64,000 nt of DNA from assembly GCA_964503755.1 (NCBI GenBank), contig CAZDBO010000003.1, positions 32,686 through 96,685 of the forward strand, given 5' to 3'. The position numbers and the translations under genes are program-made. The notes below the pieces were generated by a model, which was not told the origin of the DNA, did no database searches, and worked only from the letters and a program-made list of their open reading frames with translations. Source of the DNA: an uncultured Candidatus Saccharibacteria bacterium (lineage in GTDB: Bacteria > Patescibacteriota > Dojkabacteria > JAOAGR01). Positions within the stretch are counted from its first letter, which is position 1. Every line of letters starts with the position of its first letter. Shown here piece after piece: positions 1-9,292 of this stretch.

Positions 1-215
1 GCTTTATCAAGACTCAATATATTATTATAATCCAACGCATTTTGTACATTAGAATTATTCAATAAAGTTTTAACAACGTTGTCGTTTTGGTATTCTTGTT
101 TTTGTTGTACATTGTATAAAGCATTAGATCCGTATTGAGGGGTTGTATTGTTCGAATTATTTTGTACATTACCTGAACCTACGATGACCGGAATGTTATT
201 TCGAATGTTAGGCAT
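1..215 (-). CDS. Partial hypothetical protein (N-terminal 71 aa, N/Q-rich); runs off the window start
   Basis: ATG is the reverse complement of cat at 213-215; open reading to position 1 on the - strand (MPNIRNNIPVIVGSGNVQNN...); not in the ORF track because no stop lies inside the window. Confidence 0.3.
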   Translation of the reverse strand, partial: MPNIRNNIPVIVGSGNVQNNSNNTTPQYGSNALYNVQQKQEYQNDNVVKTLLNNSNVQNALDYNNILSLDK

Positions 216-314
216 ATAATAAGTTTAATAAAAATTTTTAGTATTATCCATTCATAAATTGTAATCTTAAAAGTATTTACAAAAACAATCTGTCTTTGTT
301 AAACTTAGCTTGAT

Positions 315-390
315 GCCAGAGTAGCTCAGTGGGTAGAGCAGCGGTTTTGTAAACCGCCGGTCGTGGGTTCAAGTCCCTCCTCTGGCTCCA
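315..390 (+). tRNA. tRNA-Thr (anticodon TGT)
   Basis: Cloverleaf read directly: acceptor GCCAGAG/CTCTGGC, D arm TAGCTCAGTGGGTAGAGCA, anticodon loop TTTGTAA, T arm GGTTCAAGTCC, encoded CCA. Confidence 0.85.
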
Positions 391-391
391 T

Positions 392-478
392 GCAAGTGTG
401 GCGGAGTGGTCAAACGCACCAGACTGTAAATCTGGCGGCATTATGCCTACGGTGGTTCAAATCCACCCGCTTGCACCA
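392..478 (+). tRNA. tRNA-Tyr (anticodon GTA), long variable arm
   Basis: Acceptor GCAAGTG/CGCTTGC, anticodon stem-loop CCAGA-CTGTAAA-TCTGG, long variable arm, GGTTCAAATCC T arm, CCA; starts 2 nt after tRNA-Thr. Confidence 0.85.
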
Positions 479-686
479 ACTTTCATTTGTTTTTATCGAA
501 TCCACAATTTAATAAATTTAATTTGACTAGATTTATTTAGAATTAATTTAGAAATAATAACACCATAAGAGTAACAAAGGTTCATTTATTTAATATTGAT
601 TTTTTATAAACACATTTTGAACTATATTAATTTCGTTTTTACAATAAAATATAAATTTATTGATAAAATAACCAAAAACAGAAAAA

Positions 687-762
<76 letters not shown>

Positions 763-833
763 TTATATATTATTTAATGATACTAAATGTTTTACATTTT
801 GTCATTATTCAAAAAATACATTATAATTTAAGT

Positions 834-1025
834 ATGGCATCAAAAGGTAAGAAGAAAAAAAGAATATTAGTAAAACTTCATTCAACAGGAGTGAAGTCTG
901 ATGGACAACCCACAGGATATATCTATTACACATTTAAAAATCCTAGAAAGACTGAAGGTAAACTTGAATTAATGAAATATGATCCTATAATTCGCAAACA
1001 CGTTAAGTTCGTAGAAAAGAAATGA
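834..1025 (+). CDS. rpmG: 50S ribosomal protein L33
   Basis: [59 protein letters not shown] matches the L33 family (TTKNKR..EKLELKK.DP..R.HV); ATG at 834 inside the longer ORF-track call; TGA stop overlaps the next ATG (ATGA). Confidence 0.85.
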   Translation: MASKGKKKKRILVKLHSTGVKSDGQPTGYIYYTFKNPRKTEGKLELMKYDPIIRKHVKFVEKK

Positions 1026-1624
1026 ATTCATATTCGGGTATATTATCAATTCTTGTTATTATACTAATAGGTCTTTTATTAGGATCTTACGGAAATAAGC
1101 TATTTAGATTTGCATTTCCAATATTTATTTTTGTTTTAACTATATATATTGTTTTATATTGGTTTAATTTTGATATAAATGTTCTATCTGTTATATCTGC
1201 ATTAATAATCGCTTCTATACTTATTGCAATAGGTGTACTTTTATACGATGTAGGCTTGCTTATTATAAGCGGATTAATTGGCTACATGATATCAATATCT
1301 ATATCAGGAATTTTATTTCCAAATGCCGATCAAAATGTTGTGTTTATTGTGAATATTGCTATCGCAGTTTTATTTGCAGCCATACCAGTTATCTTCAAAT
1401 TAAAAGATTGGATAGTTATTATTCTTACATCAATACTTGGTAGCTGGTTCATATCATTTTGTTTGATTTTCATAGTACCAAATACGGGTATCACACTGGG
1501 AATGATAAATATTACAAACGATCCTCTACCCTACCTTACAAATATTGGTAAGATAATATTTCTACTTTCTAACTTAATATTTACTATTTTATTCATATAT
1601 ATTCAGAAAAAGAGATTGAAATAA
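1022..1624 (+). CDS. Hypothetical polytopic membrane protein
   Basis: 200-aa ORF, at least 5 hydrophobic helices, translationally coupled to rpmG. Confidence 0.5.
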   Translation: MNSYSGILSILVIILIGLLLGSYGNKLFRFAFPIFIFVLTIYIVLYWFNFDINVLSVISALIIASILIAIGVLLYDVGLLIISGLIGYMISISISGILFPNADQNVVFIVNIAIAVLFAAIPVIFKLKDWIVIILTSILGSWFISFCLIFIVPNTGITLGMINITNDPLPYLTNIGKIIFLLSNLIFTILFIYIQKKRLK

Positions 1625-1630
1625 AAATAT

Positions 1631-1707
1631 TGGTGACTCTGCGGGGAATCGAACCCCGGTCCCCGGACTGAAAACCCGGTGTACTAACCGCTGTACTACA
1701 GAGCCAC
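1631..1707 (-). tRNA. tRNA-Glu (anticodon TTC)
   Basis: Reverse complement GTGGCTCTGTAGTACAGCGGTTAGTACACCGGGTTTTCAGTCCGGGGACCGGGGTTCGATTCCCCGCAGAGTCACCA; anticodon loop TTTTCAG. Confidence 0.75.
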
Positions 1708-1770
1708 AATCAACATTGTAATAATATTGCAGTTTTACGTATTTGTCAATCTATAAAACTAACTTTTACC

Positions 1771-2850
1771 TTATCTTATTTTTTTAGAATATTGAGCAGC
1801 GTAAATTTCTAAAGTTGTTACAACAACAATCATCACTATGGGTCCATAAATAAAACCAAGAGGACCAAAAAAACTTAAACCAGCCATTATTCCAAGCAGA
1901 GTTAAAAATTCAGGCAATTTTGATTCTTTTGATACAAGCTTTGGACGCAATACATTGTCTATAATTGATATTACAAAGGTTTGTACTAGAATTAGAAAAA
2001 TAGCTCCAACTATATTACCCGAGAAAAACATTATCACAGCAATAGGTATAGTTACTACAAATCCACCCAAAACAGGTATAACACAAGCAACAAAATATAA
2101 AAGAGTTAAAAGAGCAACGTATGGTACATCTAAAATCAATAAAGTAATCATAGCGATAGCTGATTGAACAAAAGCAACTATAAATGTACCATTAACCATA
2201 GATTTTGCCATTGCGGTAGTACGAGTAATATATTTTTCGTCTATTTTTTTTTCAAAAGGACTTACCTCTATAAATCTTTCCCTTAATTTATCTTGATTTG
2301 GAAACAAATACGCAAGCAAAATCACATACAGAATTAGATTTGCAATAATAGTTGGTATTTGCTGTGCAACAGGGGTAATAAAACTCAACAGAAGCTGACC
2401 TGAATTTTCATAGGCATTTGTAATAAATTTATCAACATCTTCATCAGAAACTCTATAAGTTACATATGGTATGGATTCAAGCACGGAATTTAGTTTACTT
2501 CGAGTAAAACTTTTGATCTCTTCTATATTCAAATTACCTTCGTTATTTGTAATCAAAAAATCTGAAGCTATACTTCTTATTTGAAAAAAACCAATCATCC
2601 CAACAATAAAAATCGGTAGTATTAAAGATACAAAAATTGTCGTAATTACAAAGAAAGTCGCTATATTACTTCTCTTAAATACCTTTAGAAAAAATCGATA
2701 CACTGGATTATAAACCATTACAGTTAACAATCCTAAAGATAAAACACCAAAATAATCCCTCAAAAATATTACAGACATAATAAGAATAAGTACAGAAAAA
2801 AACAAAAAAACATACCTCTTATTTTGATCAAACTGAATTTCTTTTTTCAT
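1771..2850 (-). CDS. AI-2E family transporter-like membrane protein (UPF0118/PerM-like)
   Basis: About 8 TM helices and 360 aa, consistent with the AI-2E family; start trimmed to MKKEIQF (ATG 2848-2850) because the longer ORF would overlap tRNA-Trp. Confidence 0.5.
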   Translation of the reverse strand: MKKEIQFDQNKRYVFLFFSVLILIMSVIFLRDYFGVLSLGLLTVMVYNPVYRFFLKVFKRSNIATFFVITTIFVSLILPIFIVGMIGFFQIRSIASDFLITNNEGNLNIEEIKSFTRSKLNSVLESIPYVTYRVSDEDVDKFITNAYENSGQLLLSFITPVAQQIPTIIANLILYVILLAYLFPNQDKLRERFIEVSPFEKKIDEKYITRTTAMAKSMVNGTFIVAFVQSAIAMITLLILDVPYVALLTLLYFVACVIPVLGGFVVTIPIAVIMFFSGNIVGAIFLILVQTFVISIIDNVLRPKLVSKESKLPEFLTLLGIMAGLSFFGPLGFIYGPIVMIVVVTTLEIYAAQYSKKIR

Positions 2851-2865
2851 AGTTAAAACAATTTG

Positions 2866-2936
2866 CGAGGGTGGAGAGAATCGAACTCCCATTGGCGGTT
2901 TTGGAGACCGCAGTCCTACCATTGAACGACACCCCC
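2866..2936 (-). tRNA. tRNA-Trp (anticodon CCA)
   Basis: Reverse complement GGGGGTGTCGTTCAATGGTAGGACTGCGGTCTCCAAAACCGCCAATGGGAGTTCGATTCTCTCCACCCTCG; resembles E. coli tRNA-Trp; CCA not encoded. Confidence 0.8.
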
Positions 2937-2993
2937 AATTGTTCATATTTTATCAGAAAATGATATATTTAGCATATTTTAGACAAAATAATT

Positions 2994-3545
2994 ATGATTG
3001 ATTTTTTAGCTATATTAGATACATTGATAAAATTCTTTTTAATTTTTAGTTTTATATTTATAATTATTTTAGCTACAAAAGAAGCAATCTCAGGTGAAGC
3101 TCCCTATATTCCATCAAGATTTAGAACTGTACGAAAAATGATTGATATTGCAGGAGATCTAAAAGACAAAATTGTTTTAGATTTAGGATCTGGTGATGGA
3201 CGTATCTTATTTTTGTGTGCAAAAAAAGGAGCCAAAAAATGCATCGGAATTGAAAAAAACTTTTTTTTATATCTATTTAGTAGTCTTTTTGCTCGAATTT
3301 TCTTTAAGAACAAAGTTAAAATTATACATGGAAACATTTGGAACTATTCTATAAAAAACGCTGACGTTTTATTTGTTTATTTACTTCCTAATACCATAAG
3401 CAAACTAGAAAAGAAAATATTAAAAGAATTGAAAAAAGAGAAAATGATAATAATTTCTAATAGATTTAAATTTCCGCACTTATCTCCCATTACAATTGAC
3501 GAAAAATTGCATATTTACAAATATATTGTCACAAGATCAAACTAG
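2994..3545 (+). CDS. Class I SAM-dependent methyltransferase with N-terminal TM helix
   Basis: SAM-binding motif I VLDLGSGDGRILF, post-I acidic CIGIEKN; hydrophobic N-terminus. Confidence 0.6.
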   Translation: MIDFLAILDTLIKFFLIFSFIFIIILATKEAISGEAPYIPSRFRTVRKMIDIAGDLKDKIVLDLGSGDGRILFLCAKKGAKKCIGIEKNFFLYLFSSLFARIFFKNKVKIIHGNIWNYSIKNADVLFVYLLPNTISKLEKKILKELKKEKMIIISNRFKFPHLSPITIDEKLHIYKYIVTRSN

Positions 3546-4747
3546 AATATCTTTGGTTCAGATATCTTATCAAGATCTAAACTTTCTATATTTCGGAATG
3601 AGTTACCTAAGATACCTTGTAAATCACCGACAATACTAACTGTAGAATTTGTCATCCTTAAAATCTCCTTTTCTCTTTTAGCCCATATCCTAAGCATAGC
3701 TCTCTTTTCAGCTTCTAGATCTTCACGCATTGTTCTAAAACTTTCTACGATAGATACAATTTTATTTCTAAATTCATCAGAAACAATATATCTATATAGT
3801 TCTGAACTCTTAAGATCGCGATTGTTATACAATCGTTCAATCCTTTTTTGTTCTATAAGCTGTATTCGTAAAGCAATAGCTAAAGGAATGTATGCATCAA
3901 ACGAACATATCCATACTCCATCAATATAACCGAATTCATTAATCTCATCAGGTAATGTTGTACTTATTATTATACCAATATTTCCTCTAGATTTTATTAC
4001 ATCATCTTTCAGTTTTTTTATCCAATCTCTACTAAAACTTTTAGTTCTCTTTACTTCCCATACCAATGTTCCGCAATATACGGACTTAAAATAAACTTTC
4101 TGTATTATGTCTGCACCAGTAACCCCTTTTGACACTTCTTCTATCATATCTTCTGGAAACGTTTTTGCCAGTTCATTTTGTATACTTATCTCAGCAACTT
4201 CACCTTTTAACCTCTCTGATGTAGAAGAAGCACGCATCTGAGCCTCTTCTAAACTTTTATTCAAAAGTCTAATACGTTCTTCATACTCACTACGCATCTG
4301 TTCAAATTTTTGATTAAATTTTACATTGTAACTTTTTATCAATTCTTCTCTTTCCTTCTCTAATTGCGAACGAATTCTATCTTCAAGTAATTTTTCTTTT
4401 TCTTTCATTGCGATTTTCAGTTGTTTTAGCTGTTCTTCTTGTTTTTTTATTTCTTTTATCTTATTCCATGCCTCCTCTAATTTTGCCTCATATAATTGTA
4501 CTTGATTTGAGAATTGTTCTTCTAATTCTCTTTTTAAATCTTCTATCTCTTTGTTTTTTTCTTCTGCTAACTTTAATTTTACTTCTTCAGACAATTTTTT
4601 TGTTTTTTCTTGATATTCTAATTCGATTTGTTTCTGTAACACTTCTTTTTGCTCTTTTAAATATTCACTCAATTCTTGCGCAATAACTTCGCTTATTGAC
4701 AATTCATATTCGCATTTAGGACACTTTATTTTTGTTGGTAATTTCAT
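3542..4747 (-). CDS. DUF2130-like coiled-coil protein with N-terminal CxxC zinc ribbon
   Basis: N-terminal CPKC, about 200 aa of E/K-rich coiled coil, conserved C-terminal globular domain; start MKLPTK (ATG 4745-4747). Confidence 0.55.
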   Translation of the reverse strand: MKLPTKIKCPKCEYELSISEVIAQELSEYLKEQKEVLQKQIELEYQEKTKKLSEEVKLKLAEEKNKEIEDLKRELEEQFSNQVQLYEAKLEEAWNKIKEIKKQEEQLKQLKIAMKEKEKLLEDRIRSQLEKEREELIKSYNVKFNQKFEQMRSEYEERIRLLNKSLEEAQMRASSTSERLKGEVAEISIQNELAKTFPEDMIEEVSKGVTGADIIQKVYFKSVYCGTLVWEVKRTKSFSRDWIKKLKDDVIKSRGNIGIIISTTLPDEINEFGYIDGVWICSFDAYIPLAIALRIQLIEQKRIERLYNNRDLKSSELYRYIVSDEFRNKIVSIVESFRTMREDLEAEKRAMLRIWAKREKEILRMTNSTVSIVGDLQGILGNSFRNIESLDLDKISEPKIF

Positions 4748-4800
4748 AGTTAAATAATAACATGACAAAAACAAAATTACATGATATAATTTGTACACTT

Positions 4801-4875
4801 TGCGGGGTGGAGCAGTGGCAGCTCGTCAGGCTCATAACCTGAAGGTCGGTGGTTCGAATCCACCCCCCGCGACCA
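4801..4875 (+). tRNA. tRNA-Met (anticodon CAT), initiator-like
   Basis: Close to E. coli tRNA-fMet: (T)GCGGGGTGGAGCAG...GCTCGTCAGGCTCATAACCTGAAGGTCGGTGGTTCGAATCCACCCCCCGCGACCA; position 1:72 is not a Watson-Crick pair. Confidence 0.8.
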
Positions 4876-4943
4876 GTAGTTGACTATTTCCTTGATGAAA
4901 GATTTTCAAATTGTTAGACTGTTTGTTGTTTTGTAGCCTAATT

Positions 4944-6095
4944 ATGAAGAAACGGATCTTGATATTTAATCATAGAGGAGCTTTTGGCAATGTTTTTGAA
5001 CCAAATAGTTATGATGCAATACTATTTTCTTTAGAAGCGGAGTCAAATTATGAATCTGCAGAATGTGATCTTGTACTAACGAAAGATGGATATGGGATTA
5101 TTGCTCATGATCCTATTGACGAAAATGCAAATGAAATAAATAAAAAGTATAAAACTTTAATATCTTATGATAGTCTATTAAAACTCCTATCCTACAAAAA
5201 ATACAGAAAAAAAAGACTTTACCTAGATATAAAAATTCCACATCATAAATTAAACATAGCTGCTTTATTAAAATCAATCTCAAAATTTGGAAAGAGAATT
5301 TTTATAGGCGTTAATGGATATACATATTTACGTGAGATAATTCTATGGACTAACATATTAGAACTAACAGATAAAAAATACAAAAGACCGATATTTGTGC
5401 AAGGCATACCACAACCAATCAGATCAGCTATTTTAGGACCTAAAAGTAAGCCAAAATATATGCAAATGGATTTTATTGATAACTTTCTAAGTATTAATAA
5501 ATTAGATCATTTAAGAAAAGAAATGCACGAATATAAACTAAAACATCCAGAAAAATTTGCTCCTGACTATCTTCATGCTTATTTCAATCATCACATCATA
5601 ATGCTAATTTTAAATGAAGGAAAAATAGGCCCTTTCAAATTCGGAATTTCTCGTGGAAACAGACTTGATTATCAAGATCTCATACACATGCACAGTCCAG
5701 ATATTGATGAAAATCGAATACTCTACAAGTTTATATCCTCTGTACCCCACATTCCAATCATAAAATATATACAGAAAATGTGGTTATATCGTTTTTTTTA
5801 CTTATCACCTAAAAAAGGATACAAAGTTATAGCGCCATCTGATTCATCGCGGAAAGAAATGATGGACTACATTAATGAAGGAAAAGTAGATGGCATAATG
5901 CCTAATATACCAGAAATACCACATATGGATATCCCGCTACATAATCAAAAACTTCACAGATTAAAAGAGATGGCATTTGAAAAGAATCCATATTTATACT
6001 TAGGTAAAATAGTAGATCACATTGAAAAAAGAAAAAAACAACTGAAAGCGAAAGGATTTGATCAGTTTATATTTACCACTAACCTAGCAAAATAA
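4944..6095 (+). CDS. Glycerophosphodiester phosphodiesterase (GDPD) family protein with C-terminal extension
   Basis: GDPD signatures HRGA...E.D...TKDG..I.HD in the first 60 aa; start taken at MKKRILIFNHRG. Confidence 0.6.
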   Translation: MKKRILIFNHRGAFGNVFEPNSYDAILFSLEAESNYESAECDLVLTKDGYGIIAHDPIDENANEINKKYKTLISYDSLLKLLSYKKYRKKRLYLDIKIPHHKLNIAALLKSISKFGKRIFIGVNGYTYLREIILWTNILELTDKKYKRPIFVQGIPQPIRSAILGPKSKPKYMQMDFIDNFLSINKLDHLRKEMHEYKLKHPEKFAPDYLHAYFNHHIIMLILNEGKIGPFKFGISRGNRLDYQDLIHMHSPDIDENRILYKFISSVPHIPIIKYIQKMWLYRFFYLSPKKGYKVIAPSDSSRKEMMDYINEGKVDGIMPNIPEIPHMDIPLHNQKLHRLKEMAFEKNPYLYLGKIVDHIEKRKKQLKAKGFDQFIFTTNLAK

Positions 6096-6098
6096 AAT

Positions 6099-6124
6099 GG
6101 GAGGCTAACTATATAGTAGCCTCC
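6099..6124. terminator. Perfect 8-bp hairpin (GGAGGCTA/TAGCCTCC); T-run on the - strand side
   Basis: ggaggcta-actatatag-tagcctcc immediately after the GDPD stop; on the - strand it is followed by cattttatttt, so it is a likely terminator for the - strand degraded gene and possibly also for GDPD. Confidence 0.45.
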
Positions 6125-6299
6125 AAACCATTCTGATAACTAAGATATAAATCTCAAGCTTGTGCTAGCACCCAACTAAACCCTATTTCTCTTCTTCTAT
6201 CGTAATAATAAGCATTAGATGTTACTGACTCATACATGTATTTCCCAGGTCTTGTCTCATCATCGGTCACTCTACAAGTTTTCAATAGAATAGAACAAT

Positions 6300-6867
6300 T
6301 CATAGCGTTAGATTGTTGATCATAACCCCAAATATAAAATTTAAGAATGCAGCATCTACGGAATTTCTGATGAAATGTTCTTCCAATAGACTAAATTCTA
6401 ACTCTACGAATTGTTCCTCAGTAAAGTTTGGATCAAGTGAAAAGTTTTTTACCCAACCATAACTATTTACCTGTCCGTTTGTATAAGGAGCTAAACTCGT
6501 AAACATAGTCACTTGATTGTTCTTTTGAGCAAAATCTGGAACAACTCGTCTAAGAGACATATCTTCCGTACTTAAAATACTCTTTATATCTAACTGGTTT
6601 CAAATAACCCACATAATTTTGTACTCCTGGTTTAGCACGCATCTTCAGTTTAAATACAATATTACCTTGGTTTGTGTCTTTAAATTGATACCAAAAATGA
6701 ACTGAGGATGCCCCACCTAAAAGGAGCAGCTTATCATTTCGTATTACTGAATTATCATTAGATCTATAAAGATCAATAAGCAAATTATTTTTCACCAATC
6801 TAGAAGAATCCAGACATACAGGTTTTGTATAAGGACTTGTCCAATCTATTTTTATTCTATTTTCCAT
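6300..6867 (-). pseudogene. Frameshifted ORF pair of unknown function (possible degraded gene)
   Basis: Two - strand ORFs (6550-6867, 6300-6560) overlap by 11 nt in different frames; further ORF fragments lie down to about 6130; no recognisable family. Confidence 0.3.
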
Positions 6868-6939
6868 AATATTGTAACAATTATAGTTTTTATCGTTATA
6901 AGAATATACTCAACTACTGTAATAAAAGAAACATTCCAT

Positions 6940-8772
6940 ATTGAAACAAAACCTGTATTGCTTGGACCGATTACGTTTCTTTTGCTTTCTAAACAATACG
7001 AACGAAATGAGTGGCGCAAACATCTCGCCCCGTTAGTTCCTGTTTATGTAGAATTATTCAAACAACTAAGCGAAGCGGGCGTGTCATTCGTACAAATTGA
7101 TGAACCAATTCTCGTTCAACATATAGATGACGACATAGTCGATGCATTTCGTGATGTATATGAAGTTTTTCATCGCGATGTACCAAATATAAACCTTATT
7201 TTACAAACATATTTTGATAGCGTATCGCATTATCGTGAAATCGTTGCTTTACCTGTCGCAGGCATTGGGCTTGATTTCGTGCATGACGATGGCGAAAACG
7301 TCAAACATATAAACATACATGGATTTCCAAAAGACAAAATATTAGTTGCTGGGATTGTAGACGGTCGCAATGTATGGAAAAGCTCGCTTGCACAAAAAGC
7401 AACGCTCCTTCATCATTTAGCAGGCGTTGCGGAACAACTCATCATTCAACCGTCTTGCAGCTTACTGCACGTCCCTGTCACGACAAAACATGAACATGCC
7501 TTGCCAACGGAACTTGTCCATACGTTATCGTTCCCTGATGAGAAATTAGATGAGATACGTATGCTTACAGAATATATGAAAGGAAACGCAACAATCGACG
7601 ACCTAATCAAATACGATGAACAAACAAACGCTTATTTTACTAAGTTCCGTGAACAACAAAGACAAACAAACGACATCACCACCGTTCCGTTAAGCCGAAC
7701 ACCTTACAACGAAAGAAAAAAAGTACAACAAGCACATTTGCAGCTTCCACTGTTGCCGACAACGACGATTGGCAGCTTCCCGCAAACAAACGACGTGCGC
7801 CAAGCTCGGATGAGGTGGAAAAAAGGCGAATGGAACGATAACCAATACAAGTCGTTTATAAAGAAAGAAATTGCAAAATGGATCAAGATTCAAGAGCAGC
7901 TACAGCTTGATGTACTTGTTCACGGCGAATTTGAACGCACAGATATGGTTGAATTTTTCGGGGAAAAATTACAAGGAATGGCATGCACAACAAACGGTTG
8001 GGTACAATCATACGGATCACGTTGTGTTCGTCCACCCATTATTTTTAGCCATATTGCCTATCAACAACCGATGACCGTAGAAGAAACCGTGTATGCTCAG
8101 TCGCTGACGAATAAACCTGTTAAAGGAATGCTGACAGGTCCTGTAACCATTTTAAACTGGTCGTTCGTTCGCGACGATATTTCACCAAAACATGTGCTGA
8201 TGCAGCTCGCCCTCGCCATTCGTGGGGAAGTATTGCAGTTAGAAAAGGAAGGCATACGCATCATTCAAGTCGATGAGCCAGCGTTACGGGAAGGATTGCC
8301 GCTCAAAAAAGAGAAGCATGCATCATATTGGGAAGATGCCGTTATGGCGTTTCGTCTCGCTACCTCATCGGTGAAAGAGGAAACGCAAATTCATACACAT
8401 ATGTGCTATTCCCAGTTTGAACATATGATGCATATCATTGATGAGCTTGATGCGGATGTCATCTCCATTGAACCGTCGCGAAGCCACGGTGAACTTGTTT
8501 CATCATTTGAAACATATGAGTATCAAAAGGAAATTGGCTTAGGGGTGTATGACATTCATAGTCCGGGCATTCCGACAAAAGAAGAAATACGTGAGCAAAT
8601 CGAACGTGCACTTCGCGTTCTTCGTCCAGAACAATTTTGGGTCAATCCCGATTGTGGATTAAAAACGCGAAAAGAAAAAGAAGCTATCGATGGACTCAAA
8701 GCGATGGTGGAAGCCGCACACGAATATCGCCAGCAACTCTTGGCTTATGGAGGGATGAAAGCATGGAAGTGA
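6940..8772 (+). CDS. metE: 5-methyltetrahydropteroyltriglutamate--homocysteine methyltransferase, 5'-truncated (N-terminal about 150 aa missing), Bacillaceae-like
   Basis: ...IETKPVLLGPITFLLLSK... through the C-terminal catalytic domain (HTHMCYS, SIE, WVNPDCGLKTR); upstream in-frame sequence is unrelated to MetE and hits a stop at 6898; GC about 45-50%. Confidence 0.85.
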   Translation: METKPVLLGPITFLLLSKQYERNEWRKHLAPLVPVYVELFKQLSEAGVSFVQIDEPILVQHIDDDIVDAFRDVYEVFHRDVPNINLILQTYFDSVSHYREIVALPVAGIGLDFVHDDGENVKHINIHGFPKDKILVAGIVDGRNVWKSSLAQKATLLHHLAGVAEQLIIQPSCSLLHVPVTTKHEHALPTELVHTLSFPDEKLDEIRMLTEYMKGNATIDDLIKYDEQTNAYFTKFREQQRQTNDITTVPLSRTPYNERKKVQQAHLQLPLLPTTTIGSFPQTNDVRQARMRWKKGEWNDNQYKSFIKKEIAKWIKIQEQLQLDVLVHGEFERTDMVEFFGEKLQGMACTTNGWVQSYGSRCVRPPIIFSHIAYQQPMTVEETVYAQSLTNKPVKGMLTGPVTILNWSFVRDDISPKHVLMQLALAIRGEVLQLEKEGIRIIQVDEPALREGLPLKKEKHASYWEDAVMAFRLATSSVKEETQIHTHMCYSQFEHMMHIIDELDADVISIEPSRSHGELVSSFETYEYQKEIGLGVYDIHSPGIPTKEEIREQIERALRVLRPEQFWVNPDCGLKTRKEKEAIDGLKAMVEAAHEYRQQLLAYGGMKAWK

Positions 8773-9212
8773 GCGTCGAGCAGTCGAAAACGATTCAAAC
8801 ACGGCTCGTATTGCCTTCTGATACGAACCATCTCGGGACGATTTTTGGCGGTACGGTTTTAGCGTATATTGATGAAATTGCGGCAATATCCGCCATGCGC
8901 CATGCGCGAAAAGCAGTCGTCACCGTTTCGATCGACAAAGTTGATTTCATTTCATCCGCGAAAGTAGGCGATATTTTAAAACTCGAAGCATTCGTCTACT
9001 CAACCGGACGCACATCCATGAAAGTATTCGTCAAAGTCGAAACAGAAGATTTATTTACAGGCGAACATCACTTAACAACCACATGCTTTTTAACAATGGT
9101 CGCCATCGATCAAAACAAAAAACCGACCCCTGTTCCGAAAGTCATCATTCGTGAACAGGAGAAACAAATGGTACAACTGTATCAACAAAACAAACGAAAC
9201 AATAAGGCATAA
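8763..9212 (+). CDS. Acyl-CoA thioesterase (hotdog fold, YkhA/4HBT-like)
   Basis: MEVSVEQSKTIQTRLVLPSDTNHLGTIFGGTVLAYIDEIAAISAMRHA is the typical hotdog thioesterase core; ATG overlaps the metE stop. Confidence 0.75.
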   Translation: MEVSVEQSKTIQTRLVLPSDTNHLGTIFGGTVLAYIDEIAAISAMRHARKAVVTVSIDKVDFISSAKVGDILKLEAFVYSTGRTSMKVFVKVETEDLFTGEHHLTTTCFLTMVAIDQNKKPTPVPKVIIREQEKQMVQLYQQNKRNNKA

Positions 9213-9230
9213 AATATTTACATGAAAAAA

Positions 9231-9277
9231 CACACGTCCGATTACATACAGGTAATCTATGACGTGTGTGTTTTATT
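9231..9277. terminator. Bidirectional rho-independent terminator between the thioesterase and convergent glmS
   Basis: CACACGTCC-GATTAC..GTAATC-..GACGTGTG nested hairpin flanked by AAAAAA (5') and TTTTATT (3'). Confidence 0.7.
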
Positions 9278-9292
9278 ACTCCATTCTACGCT

